A stretch of DNA of 51,868 bases, counting the filler, from Streblomastix strix (Eukaryota): assembly GCA_008636045.1 (NCBI GenBank). It is 2 parts of 2 records of this genome, joined end to end, with 100 filler letters (N's around TTAATTAATTAA, not from the genome) between each part and the next. Parts side by side here need not be neighbours in the genome. Positions count along the whole stretch, not along the records: positions 1 to 25,887 come from SNRW01000187.1; 1 more part is not named here. One strand, given 5' to 3'. The stretch's first letter is position 1, and every line of letters starts with the position of its first letter. Shown one piece after another: positions 1-13,800 of this stretch. A model generated the notes under the pieces. That model was given only the letters and a program-made list of their open reading frames with translations, did no database searches and was not told the DNA's origin. Both the position numbers and the translations under genes were made by a program.

Positions 1-1
1 T

Positions 2-3000
2 TTATTACCAGTTAAATAAAAAGAAAATATTGCAGCTTTATATTCTGTTGATGTTGCATCTGCACTCATGAATAAATAAGAATAAAAGCAAAAATTAATA
101 TAACATCAATAATAATAGTAACTTTAATAATAATCAATATCATCATATCCTTAATCTTCTTAATAATAATCTATTTTCTCTTAATCACCATCTTAATAAC
201 CAGTTTAATAATCAACAATACATCTTAATATTAATAGTATTAAAAGTGAATAAAGAAATGCATCATCCAATAACAATATCAATACAAATTCAAGTACAAA
301 TAGAAATACAATTAGGGTATTAGATATGAATCAAAATTAAATAAAAGAAAACACTTCAGAGAAGATAAATATAATTAATGAAAAGGAGAAAGAGAATGAC
401 ATCAATAACACAAAAGAGAATGATAGTTAATAAAGAATATAAGATAGAGTGAAATTAATAAGAAGACATTCGTTGATGTAATCAACTCAAAAATAACATT
501 AAAACATTTCTCCTTTAAAATAATAATTAACTGAAAATTTAATTCAATAACAACAGATTATGAATCCTAATTTGGATAATGATATTAATACAAATAGAAG
601 TATTGTTTCATCTGATAATAAATCATTATTTAGTTAATCGTAACAATAATCCTTATAACAAAATTAATTAATTCCTTAAGTTTCATAAGAATAATAAATT
701 AATTCATTTAAAACAAAGAGTAAATAATAATAATTATTATAATCGATACCAATTACAACTGTAGAGGAAGAAATGCAATAAATTAAAAGAAAGAAAAACG
801 AATAAACAGAATTAATATATCAATAAGCACAGAATGAAATTTATAAGGATTATTTTCGAGAAAACTAAATAGGAAGAAGAAATTTTGAAAAAGAGAAAAA
901 GATGGAAGAAGAAGAGAAAAAAAGAAATAATTAAATAAAAAAAGAATAAAAAGAATAAAAAGAATTAAAAATAGAGTAAGATTAAAAAGAGAGAAAAGAA
1001 GATGATTAATAATTAATGAAAATGAAAGAAATAGATTAAAATGAAGGGAATAAAACTGAAGATAATTAAATGATTGAAAAAGAAAAAGAATAATAGAATG
1101 AAGAAGAGAATAAATAGGAAGAAGAAATTTTGAATGAGAATAAAATAAAAATTGAAAATAATGAAGGAATGAATATTGAATAATAATAACAATAATAATA
1201 GTAGTAATAATAAAATCAAGATTAGAATTATTCATTATTTGAAATTCAAAATTCGACGTTTCATATTATGCAATCTTTAAAATAAGTAAAAGAATCTTAA
1301 CCTTTCTCATCTTAAACTACTTAAACTCCTTCAATTATTCTTGATTTATAGCAATTAAATTTATAAGAATAATAAAAAGAATAAAAAAACGAATTTGTAG
1401 TATAATATAAATAAATGTAACAAGAAAGGAAAATGAAACCAAATCAATGGAAAGAAAAAAGGCATTAATCTTTGTTTTTATAATAATAGTAATCAAAAGA
1501 ACAGTAATAGTAATAATAAGAAATTGCATAATAAGTATTAGAAACAATGAAATAAAGAGAAGGAGAAGAAATAGATGAAGAATATACAAACGAATAATAG
1601 TAATAATAATAAGAAGAAGAATTTATATAATAATAAGAAAGTGACTTAAATGAATAAACCAAACCATCGAAAAGAAAAATTATTAAATTAATAAGTGAAA
1701 AATAGAAATATATTTCTCCTCCAAAAATACTTTCGCATACTTTATCTTCAAAGAAGTTATAGTTAATACAGGAATCTATATCTTAATAAAATCAGTACCA
1801 ATATGAGGATGAAATAGAATAGGAAGATGAAATAAGAAAAGATGGGAAAGAATACAAATTGAATGTGGATTAGATGAAGTAGTATCAAATGATGAAGAAT
1901 AAATTAAGAGAAAGTTAGAAGAGTTTGCTTAATAAAAATAATGAAAACTAAAAAAGCACTTCATCATTATTTTTTGACGACAATATTTTGAAAGCTGATA
2001 TTAATGAAGAATAAAAACAATTAATAAATCAGTCCTAATTAATGAAATAAAGTAACAAAAACAAATAATATGATAATTAAGATAATAAAAATATTAAATA
2101 AAAATAATCGTTGGATGCTTATAATTCATCTATTATTAAGGAAATTGAAGTTGATGATGATGAAAATTCATCTAACAATAAAAATAAATTATACTAATTA
2201 TAATTGAATACTAATTTTAATACTCCAACTTCACAATCATAAATGCCTACTGAATTTCCTTCTAATTCATAATCTCCTTATTATATTCCAGCTCCACCAC
2301 TTCCAACTCCATATAATATAAACAATTTAATGGATTAGTTTGATTTTGATTAGAATGATGATGGAATAGGAAAATAGGCTGAGTATATATAAAGCCAAAT
2401 TAATTAAAAGAAATTGTAATTGAAACAAAATAGAGAAACATTTATAATTGATCCAGAGACTCATGTTGAATACAATGGAGATGGGATGAAGACTAATCCA
2501 TTTAGTCCAATGGATCCTTTTGTATCTCCTTAAATAGATCTCCATTCAAGTAACTACGATGTAATAATGCTATCAAATAATCCAGGAATTGATATCAATA
2601 TGAACAAGAATTTAAATAAACTGGAAGAAAAGAAAAAAGATGAAGAAAAAGATAATTAAAACGATGATGATTTTTAGCTTCCTAAACTAACAGCAATGAA
2701 CAACATCTAATTATCTCTTATTAGATTAAATAGAGAACTATCTATTTAATAGAATTAAAATTTAAATACATTATTAAATAATAATTAACTTCTGAATTCA
2801 AATAAATCAATATTAAAAACAACGCAATCATTAAAGAATAATAAAAGATCTAATAATTCATCATAATAATCTCCCTATTAAACTCTCTCTTCATTCTAAT
2901 CACTATATACAAATTCACAATCATCGTTGCTGCCTTCATAGTTGAAGCAGAATAAATATGGTAATGCGTGGTTCTTACCTCCAGAGTCATGGGATAGATG

Positions 3001-6000
3001 GAACTAATATCATGAGTTACAAGATGCAATGAAAGAGGGGAAGAATAATAATTTTGCAATGAGTCAGCTATTATCTGGTTAAATGAATTAGAATCTGGAT
3101 AAATTTGTATTTACAAATGAATATCATGAAAGGAATTTGGAAAATGGGAAAAAATTGGAATAAAAAGAATAAGAATAAAAATTGAGCGAAGAAAAAGAAC
3201 AAAAGAATAAATAATAACATGCACAATTTAATGAAAAATGGATGAAATAACATTAGTAAAAGATAAAATAAGCTGAAAAATTAAATTAAGTAGGAATTGT
3301 TAAATAGAATAAAGTTGATGAAAATGGAAAAGATAAAGATAAATAAAAAGATATAACTGAATAATTAGATTAATAAGAAAAAGATAAGCTATTTAAAGAA
3401 TAAAATGATGATATAACATATTCACAAACATTACCTCGAGGTACATTTCTATCACAAACACTTCCTCGAGGAATTTCATCATTTTCAACTCTTAAACGAG
3501 ATAATTCAACTTCTATTCGATAATAGAAAAGAACAATAAATGCAGAAGAAGATTAAAAACAAAATAAATACATCTCAAGTTCATAATTCGACAGTTTATC
3601 ATCATTATCGCAATAATAATAAAATTCATAAATATTACCACCACTTAACATTTCATAAAACAGGAATAATTAAAAATCAAAATCTCTTACATCAAGATCG
3701 CAACTATCAAAAACATACACATCGCAATAATTGTAACAAGATTTGGAATAATAATAAAATGAATTAATCGAGTAAGGATAATAAAAACATTATAGTAGTA
3801 TAAGAAAAGGGAAGACAACAGTAAACTTTGATCGAGGATAACCACATTATATTCAGGATTAAAAATAGAAAAATGGAATTGAATATGCAGAAGGTAAAAC
3901 AACAATTCCTTTGGAGAAACTTACTTTTTTATAAAGATAGGAAATACCTCAATCATAATATGAATTCCCTCATATTGTAAGATCAAATTAAATGAAATAA
4001 GTTTCAATAAAAGATTAATTGAATGAAGCAGCAATGAAATCAGGAGATTAAGCCTTAGAAGATAATGAATACTTTGAATCGATGTAATTAAGGACAAATG
4101 ATGATGCTTCAGAAAAGAAACTATGGAATCACATCTAATTGTTAAGGAAGGAAAAAGATCGTATTTCTGTTGAACAATAAAATGCATAACTGGCTGAATA
4201 ACAAAAACTACAGAAACAAAAAGAAAATCTTGAATAAACACATTAATCTGGAATTACACCTGATTCTACATTATCATAAACTCAGAATAAATAAAAACCT
4301 GATTCATCGAAGAGTAACACTGGGAAGTTGAGTAAGAGAGAAGAGTAACAACAACAAATATAATTTATATTCTCTTATGATGATGAAGACTTTAGAGCTG
4401 AATTTTTGAATGGAATTGGTCTTGTCGATGGGTTGTATGAGACTCTAACAGAATATATGTCTGCGAAAGAAGAGATGAAGTTTAAATAAGAGGTAGAAGA
4501 ATATGAAAAATCAATGCAGGCTTTGGCAGATAAAGAAAAGAAGCAAGTCGAAGAAATGAAGAAATAAATGTTAATTTAAGCAATTGAAAAATTATCATAA
4601 GAAAATCCAACATTAAGAGATGTAGCTACATAAGCATTGATATAAAAAAAATAATATATGTTAGATAAAATGAATACCAAATAAAAATAATTAAACAAAT
4701 ATAAATAAGAAAAATTAATTCGTAGATAAACTGCCATATAATCTGCATAGTCAGCAACATCAAATAAATCAGCTACAGAAAGATCATCAGCGAATTCCAG
4801 ATAATCAGCCAATTCAGTAGAAGATGAGGAAACAGCAAGAATAACAAATATTTCTTCATTAAGTTAAAGTTAAGAATCGGAGACAAGTTAAGAAAGAATA
4901 GGAAATAAAGAAACAAAACGAAGAAAAGATAATAATGATCAATAGGATGTATAAGAGCTAGAATAGATAGCTGAAGAACTGTTAAAACAAAAAAAGATTG
5001 AGTAACTTCTTGATTAAGATGAAGAAGGACAAGATGCGATGATTGGAGGATTGTCAGTCCATGCAGCAACTGGGAAATAGACCGCATCCAGAGAAGTTGA
5101 GAGAATATCAGTTGCAAAAAAGAAGGTTTAAGCGATGGCTTAATAATTGAATCTGTTTTTAGAGGCTGTTGAAGTTAGGAAAGAAAGACAAAAAGTGATT
5201 AGAGATAGGAAAATATCAGAACCACAAGCTTCTCAGCAGATTCCTGATTCATATGGAGTGAATAAATATAAATGGATTTTAGCAATAATACCATAACTGT
5301 TCAAAAAACTGTCACAAGAAGAATAATGGCGATCTGGCGCAAAAGACTTCAAATCAAGAGCCCAGCAAAAAGAAGACAGTTCAGACAGATGGAGAGTGAA
5401 TATAGAACTTATGAGGAAAAGAGCTGAGATGGAAGAGAAACAGAAGAAGAATAAGAAGCCGATGACTATTGAGTTTACATTCAACAATTTCCTGAGATCG
5501 TCGAGAAGGAAGAGATACGAACTTGACAGGCAGGATAAAATAGACAGAGAAGAAGCAGAGGAAACACAGAGGAGATTAAAATATGATGAAAGAAGAAGAA
5601 GAAGACTGAAAAGGAGGGAAGAAAAAAGAAAGAAAAAAATTGCTGAAATCAAAAATCCAATATCAAATATTGTGAAATAAGATTTACTAAAGACTAATTA
5701 AAAGAAAATTAGTAGAACTTTAAAAAGTGATTCTAATGTAACTACTTCCGATTCAGAATATTCGAAAGATACTCTTTCTGAAATTGCTGAGGATGAAAAT
5801 GAAGAAATGAAAGAGAAGAAAGTTCAAAATAATAAATAAGATAATTTGAGTGAGAAAATAACAAATGAAGATTCGTAGAAGAGTAGAAGTAGTAAAAAAT
5901 AGAAATGGGTTCCTACTGGAACAGAATTTGCTGTTAAATAAGTATTGAAAAAGGGTGAACCACTAAAGAAAGAGATTATAGAAGTCATAGCAAATACAGA

Positions 6001-6409
6001 AATTGCACGAGGGAATAGCGCAGATGGAATAAGAAACAAATAGACTCCATCAAAGCAGAAAATAAGAGAGATGAATAAAAGAAGAAAAGAAAGGGAGATG
6101 AATTAAATGGAGAAATAAATGTAGATTATTAAAACAGATGACAAAGGAAGTACATCAAAGGATGAAATAGAACTGAGTAGCGATGAGAGCGAGGAAAGCA
6201 GCGATAGTGATATTAATGATATGCTACCAACGAAGATGTTTAACAAACTTGTTGATTATTTGATCTCTTTAACAGCTGGACATGGGTCTGTCATAGAGGC
6301 TAAGGAAGACATTGATGTGTAGGATGCTCTTGAGGATAAATCTGCTCCTTCAAAGGCGTTCTCTTTGAAAGTATTTGAATAATGGCAAAGAGAACAAGGC
6401 CTTCTTTGA
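2..6409 (+). CDS. Large Gln/Glu/Lys-rich low-complexity, coiled-coil protein, 5' truncated by the window edge (>2100 aa; TAR=Gln)
   Basis: Frame 2 reads LLPVKQKENIAALYSVDVASALMNKQEQ... when TAA/TAG=Q. The same frame ends ...FEQWQREQGLL-TGA at 6407-6409, and the ORF-track fragment 5396-5680 is in this frame. Confidence 0.85.
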
Positions 6410-6626
6410 AATTTTACCCATTTCACTTTTTATATAAATAATTCATTTCATTTTTAATGGGGATAAATAAGCATGTTAAGGCTGTAATGTCAAATTAACT
6501 TTTATACATAGCTCATAAAAATTAAAATAGTGATTTGTTTATATATTTAATTATTAAACTTGATTAAGATCTATTTTATTGTTAAAATAACTTTTAGTTT
6601 CAAAATAAAAGAACTTCGGCAACTTT

Positions 6627-7554
6627 TCACTCATCTTTTTATTCCTATGGTTTTGCGATATGCCTTAGAACCCCCAGAGTAAAAATAACGAGGAAGAGAA
6701 TCAGAAGACTAATCAGCTCAGTAGAAATTATTGTTATTAATACTTCAATCAAGATGAATATAATCCGTATAACGAGTTGAGCAGTTTTTTCAACACTTTT
6801 TCCAAGAAATTTTGCAATAAATTTCCCAATACCAATGATAATAAGTTCTTAGAAGTCAATCAGGAAGTTAAAAGCGCTATGAAGTATCATAATAACTGCT
6901 ATAGTAAATGCAAGAAAGACCCTTATAATCATCATCACATCTTCGTTCTCCATCACTGAAGAATAGTTATTGTACAAGAGCTATGATAATATATTTGCAA
7001 TGAAGTCAACTCCATTTGTATAATATTTTCCAAATTACATCACTTTGTCACCAAAAGATTTCGACAATACAGTTGTTTAAGACTTGTCCGGTTTCTAATT
7101 TTCGCTTTCCAAGTCTGGTTATGGCTCTGGAACGGACTAATCAGAGATTTTATCGATATTTCTACAAAAAAAATAATATATTCAATAAAAAAATAATGAG
7201 AAATTGATATGCGAACTCGTTCAAGAAACTAAAGCTTTTCTTGCTATAAAAATTAATGAACTCACTCACAACTAATCCTTTTTCATACACCGAGTTTGCA
7301 ATTCTGTCTTGCTTAATTTCTTTTTCATCTCTTTCACTAACATACAGCTTTTTCAATTTCTAGAAAGAGATAAAATATAAAAAATTGATATAATATATTA
7401 CCTCAATCTCTGGATTTTCAGCTTCTGTTGATTGTTATTCTTCCACAGGTTTAGTATCAACTGATTCAAGATTTGGCGTAGGAATTACTTCTTCCACAGG
7501 TTTAGTATCAACTGATTCAAGATTTGGCGTAGGAATTACTTCTTCTCCAGACAT
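6627..7554 (-). CDS. Small predicted multi-pass membrane protein, 3 exons
   Basis: ATG at 7554 gives MSGEEVIPTPNLESVDTKPV... There are two short GT..AG introns (~7360-7401 and ~7162-7216). The C-terminal half is hydrophobic (VMMIIRVFLAFTIAVIMILH...LVIRIIFILIEVLITIISTELISLLILFLVIFTLG) and ends QEQKDE-TGA. Confidence 0.75.
7439..7540. repeat. Exact 51-bp coding tandem duplication (17-aa unit EEVIPTPNLESVDTKPV)
   Basis: Two consecutive copies of tcttccacaggtttagtatcaactgattcaagatttggcgtaggaattact. Confidence 0.9.
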
Positions 7555-7838
7555 CCTCAAAGAATAAGCTGAATAGTAAAATAAATTGTTATAAAATAGT
7601 TATTATTAAATTTTGTTTTCTTAGTACTATGCATTAAGACCATTTATAAGATATAATATATCTTGCGCCAAGCACAAAAAGCGTTTTACTAAAAAAATTG
7701 ACCAAGTTCGCGTCCTAGGGTTCAAAGTGGAAAGTTATGTATAAAATAGTCTTTAAAAATAATTTACATCTGATTTATCTTCATATACAATAAAAAAAAA
7801 GTTTATTTTACAAGTTAAACGAATGAAATACCAATTTG

Positions 7839-10800
7839 TCAATCATTTTTCTTAGTTTGATTCAAATGTTCTGCTTCAATGTTTCCTTTAATTTGACTAC
7901 TACGACGCATTTGCGGATTCATACTACTTGCGTTTAGACTTAAGTTTTATATCTCAGGTGATGTTGATTGATGAGATATTGGCTGTCGAAGTGGAACGTG
8001 ATTTTATTGTATTTAATCTTGCATTGTTGAAGGTGATGCAAGGCGTCTAGGTGGTAAAGATTTAATTTTATTATCAGTTAATTGAATCATTTTATTCTAT
8101 TTTAGTTATTATGAATGAGCTAATGATATCAATTAAACTTGATCTTTATTCCTTTCAAACTGCAATTTCTAAGGTATTTGTTTCTTTTTTATTCCAATGG
8201 AAAATGTATTTGACGTTTGTTAATTTTAGTCGATTTTTGATATTGAATTAAATGACTTTTGTGGATTGAAAAGGGATTTAAGTTATTAATCTTGTTGAGT
8301 TTAAATTTTATTTTCATTTGAGATTTTGGTTTTATGATCATTTTTTTCATTATTATTATTTATTGTACCACTCTATTATTAATATTTATTATCAATATTT
8401 ACTGATTAGGATCTCAGTGTTGATGAATTGAGAGTTGCTAAAATTTCTTTTTATTAAGGAGTTTATGATCTTGAAGGAGATTATGATCTTGAAGGAGGCA
8501 ATGATCGTGATTGAGAAACATTTTGTAATGAACTTAGTGATCTTGAAGGTGAAATATGTAATGAATGAGTTTATGATCTTGATGGAGAAGATAATTATGA
8601 AGAAGGAGATTATGAGCGAGATGTAGATTATTTATACGTTGAATTTAAGGGCGGTTATTAAATCATGTCTGAAATTTCTAATTCATCAACTTATGATATC
8701 GCTGATTTAGGCTATTTTAATATATCTATATTTTTTAACTTTGCTGAATGAATTCTCTGAATCGCTTAAGAAACAGCTAAATTTATATCAGAATTAGCTG
8801 GAGGTATTTTTTACCTCATTTTACTCACATAATGAACTGGCGATGAAGTTGGAGGAGGAGAAGGAGATGGTTTATTCTTCAAGAATGAAGGGAGAAGTTA
8901 TTCTGGTTAATAATTGTGATGAAATACGTATTTTTAGGCATTAAATTATCTTCTTTAAAGTTAATTTTTTCTTTCTTCTAATTTCTTCTCAAACATATTC
9001 TCTTAGTAAACACGTTATTATTCCATGTGTCTAACATGAGCTTCTCTTTGCATTTTTACCGCCATTTATTACTTTTATTTCCAAATTTTTCTTATATCTA
9101 TGGATTAGTTAATTTCATCATTTGATTATCTAATAATTGGTCTTCCCTTTGTGTCTGAATGAGTGTGATCATCATATGCTAATGTTTATTTGGTGAATGT
9201 CTGTGCTCTTTCTATTTTTCTTTCTAATGAAGAATGTCTCAATGCGATTTCTGCATCTACCCGACGCATATGATCTATTAAATATTTCTAACTACTAATT
9301 GCTGATTAGGGCCTATTATAATAATCATAGTATTGCAAATTTTTTTACTAATTTACTTATGTTTTTGGTTGAAGTGTAATTTATTTAGCAAGAATTGGTG
9401 AATGAGATCTTATTGGAGAAGAAAATTCAATTTGATTTTAATCTTATTGAGCTTAATCCACTTTTTCACTTCTAAAACTTACCTATTTCTAATTTCCATC
9501 ATCATTTTATTAATCATTTGGTTTTCTAGAAGAATATTAAATATACTGAGAAGGAGAAAAACTTCTTTAATTATCGATTCCATTATCAGATATTTCATCT
9601 TTCAATTATGGTATTGGAGAAATTGATTTACCACTTAATTACATTTACTATTCATTGTTATTTATTTTCCAAGCATTTTATTCTTTTTCATTTTATTCTT
9701 ATTCATAAATCCTTTATTATTAATAATATTCTTCTTATTAATCTCTTACATAACTTGCTTTAGGAAATATTATTCTTGCATGATCTTTTGGAGAAAGAGG
9801 AACAGCTTATTTATATTCAACATTAGAGAAAGTTTTTACAGTCGTTTCGAAATCTTCTTTTGAGTTTTATGGAGTAACTGAAATTATTTCTTTTCCTCTT
9901 TATTTTTATTATTCTTATTACAATTACAATTATTTAATAAGCATTCCAGCAGTTTCTTATCTTTATATTATTTTTTTTATATAATTTTCTTTTATTTCAT
10001 CCATTTCATCTTTTCTTTTCTTTATCTATTCAGAAATAAATTAAATCTTTTCCAATGTATTATCAATCCATTGTTATTCTCTTTGTTTTCCATTTATTAT
10101 ATCTTATTTATTATTAGAATATTATCCTTTACTTGTGCCAATAGGTGCGCCTAACATTTATTCTAGCTCTTCTTATTTTTATTGTCTTAATTTCATTTTT
10201 TAATCTCTTTTTTAATCTTTTTTCTTCCGTTTTTCACTTTATTCTGCAAATATGCTTTATCTTTACATTAATTTATTAATATACTCTTTTGACCAAATAT
10301 CTAATATATTATCATTTTAAATAATATTTGGAGGCAATTAAACAAGTAAATCTTGCTTGTTCATTTTATCAGCTTTTACAGCATCTTATAATTTCTGTTT
10401 GTTTTTCTCTATTTTATCTTAATTCATTTTATCTTATGAATGTAAAGTATCCAAAAAAACGTCATCTTCCTCCTCATTCTCACTTTTACTTTATTTTTAT
10501 TAATTATTTTATGTTGGACTTTGGTCATTCGTTTATTTTTATTATTTTTGCTATGACAATCTTTTTTCTTTCCTTAAATCTATTTTCAAATCATCTTCAT
10601 GGTTAAAGAATTCTCCATTTTCATCAAAGTCAAAAATTATTGGTTTCATCTTCTTTTTCTTCTTCTTCTTCTTTCTTCCACTCTTTGGATCAAAATAAAT
10701 AGTCCATTCAGATTAATTCATTTTCTTCTTATTATTAATTTCTTCTTATTATTCTTTATCTATTTCTGCTTTTGCTTTAGTAGCCATTGGGTGTGATGAA

Positions 10801-13800
10801 GGATATCCAAGATTTACTAATAATTACTGATCTTATGCTCCTAATAATGTTTTTATTTTCTCTTTCTTTACTTATCCATTATTATTAATATCTTTAAAAA
10901 ATGATAAATCTTTGTATACTTAAGAAATTTAAGGCGGAATAAGCACAAGAGGCTTAGTACCACTTTATTACTAAGATTATGATAACGATTAATTTAATAA
11001 ACCTGATGATGACTATAATTGCTTACTTCTAGAACCAAAAGTTTGAAGTGAATTAGTTGATCCCAAATTATTCATTGACTAATTCATATTTAATGATCCA
11101 GGAGAAATACTTTAGATTTCTTTACCTTATGATATTACAATAGATCCTGGATGTCTTCCTGTCCAATTAGATACTGCAATTTCATCAATGATATTTAATT
11201 ATAATTAGTATCTTTCAAGCTGCATATTTGAATCCTCAATAAATTTATAAATGGGTTCTATTTCATTTTAACAGCGAAGTAAATTTCCGTGTTAATATGC
11301 TTCTTCGAGTTGTAATGGTTGAGCTTCTGATAAAAAAGTTACATTTCGAGATAGTTCTCTTATTAAAGAATATAATTAATTACAATGATTTGAAATATGT
11401 TCTTTCAAAGTCTTTAAAACAGGTTGAACTGAAATTGGATATTCTAATTATGATAGTTAAATTATTTTTCCTTCTTCTCTTAATTACGAATCATATTTAT
11501 TTCCTTATTATTGCCTTAATGAATTCTAATTTTAATTTCCAATATTAAACTTCAATTGTGTTTATATCTTTTATTATCCAGTGCTTTGTATCGAATGCTG
11601 TAGCATTCTGTTTATTCTACTTTACACTTAACTTAATAATATTTAGTATTAATTTTATTATTATTCACATTATTATTAATATTAATAACTATCTATTTAT
11701 AATTTCAATGCTGCTTCTAAATCTTATCCATTTTCTGTCTAAAATAAATCTAATCCAATTTATTCATAATCTTAATCTAATTCACTTTTATTTAAATTAC
11801 TACTTGATCTTTAATTTAATGGCGATTTATTAATAGAAGATTTATCATTAATTAAAAAATCTTCAATTATTGTGTATTTTTTCTACAGTTTATTATTTAA
11901 TTATTATGTATTATTATTAGAATTAAATGTTTCTAAATTAATAGAATTAGAAGATGATGAATGATTCATTTTTTACTACAAATATTAAATATGCTTTTAT
12001 TCTCTTTCATAATCATCCTGTTCTTATTATAATCTTTTTTGAAATTCACTTTCCCCGATGTTATGGCCTGGTTAGAGTAATTACGCTTTCTCCTCTAATT
12101 CTAAATATTTGTGTGCGTCTCCAATCAAAACTTATGATTTTGTTTTACTTTTACTCATTTATTCTCTTAATTTTGCAAGAGTTGTCATAGGTTATGACTA
12201 TTCATTTTTATCTTTATTATATTTGTCAATCGATTCTTATGACTATTTATCGCTATTTTCAGCAAAAGGTGAAACTGAAATCGATGATTTTTAATTTTGT
12301 ATTTATTATTCTGTCTGTGATTTATTTAGTTATGAAGAAGAATTTGTAGCATTTGTTTTTAAAGATTATTCTAATGATTTTTTTGAATCTCTTTTTGAAT
12401 TGCTACCATGCAATGTTTATGACATTGTCATTTTCTATGCGCTATTATTTTTCTTAATAGGCATTTCCCGTGCTGAATCTTTTTATGCAATTGATAATTG
12501 TGTAAGTATCATTGATTAAGGTTATTCATCGTGTATTTATTAATAATCTTCATCATTTTAGTCAGTTTATTATGAAGGGCTTTTTTATTGTTATACATTT
12601 TCTCCTTTAACAACTAAATCTCCATAATTTTTTACATTTTATTTTTATTGAAATTAATTATTCAATTAATATTTCGATTTTTCTTCTTCAGGGGTCATTT
12701 ATTGATAATAACTATAATATGATTCATTTGAATATATCGATTGATTATATGATTTTGATGATGGTGATGGTGAAACTTTATCAATTAAGGTAAGAAGTGG
12801 TGAAAATCCTTCCATTAAATTCTTTTCTGCATATCTTTTGATTTTATCAGGGATTGAATCGTGTTCTGTTTGCTAATATCCAGCTAAATCAGATTTTTAT
12901 TTATCTTCTTTTGCAGATTATAGTAAAGGACTCTCAATATTATTTAAATGAGGTGATGATAAATCTCCAGGTTATATTTTTAACTTTTGTGCCAATTATT
13001 AATTTTATTTTCTAATTTTTCTTTACTATTCATGTAATTTTCTTTATTCTTCCTATTATTATTGCTTTAATTATTTCTCAATATCTTTTTATTTCTTGTG
13101 TTCTAATCTTTTTTACTCCCTTTCTTATATTAGATTCCATTTTCTTTATCTCTCCAATTGATCTGCTTGTATTACCATATCTTCTCTTTTCCATTTCTAT
13201 TTAAATGCTTAAATAAATTCATTTTTGTTAATTCTAACCTTACTGTCCCTTTTTATTTATTTATTTTATCCATCTTTTTCCACTTCATCTTATTCAGTTT
13301 ATTCAGATGCCTAAGTGTTTTCTTCGATTAATTATTTCATTATTTATGCTTTTTTACCATCTGCAGAATGAGGACGTTCTATAAATTATTATTCCTGTTC
13401 TTATTGTACATCATTAATAATCTTATTCCATTCCTGTTATTATTAATCATTTACATCAATGGCTGTATGAGTTACACCTCTTTCAGAACTCATTGCTAAA
13501 TTTACTTTGTCTTATTCCATGTTTGATGTAAGCACGAGATTTAAATTTAAATGTGCTGGCTTAGAAATATTATTATTAATTTAAACACTGGCTTATTATA
13601 ATTATTATTAAATATCTGCCCTAGACTAAGATTATTTTAAATTTCAAGCTTAAGAAAAGATATTTTGTTAAAAACTTTTTATAAAATTATAACCAGTTGA
13701 AGGCTTTGAAAAAAAGCTATTTCTTGATTTAAATTATTTAAAAATTTCATTCATCCCTTTAATTTATTAATTTCCTCCAAAAATCTTTGCAAATTTATCT

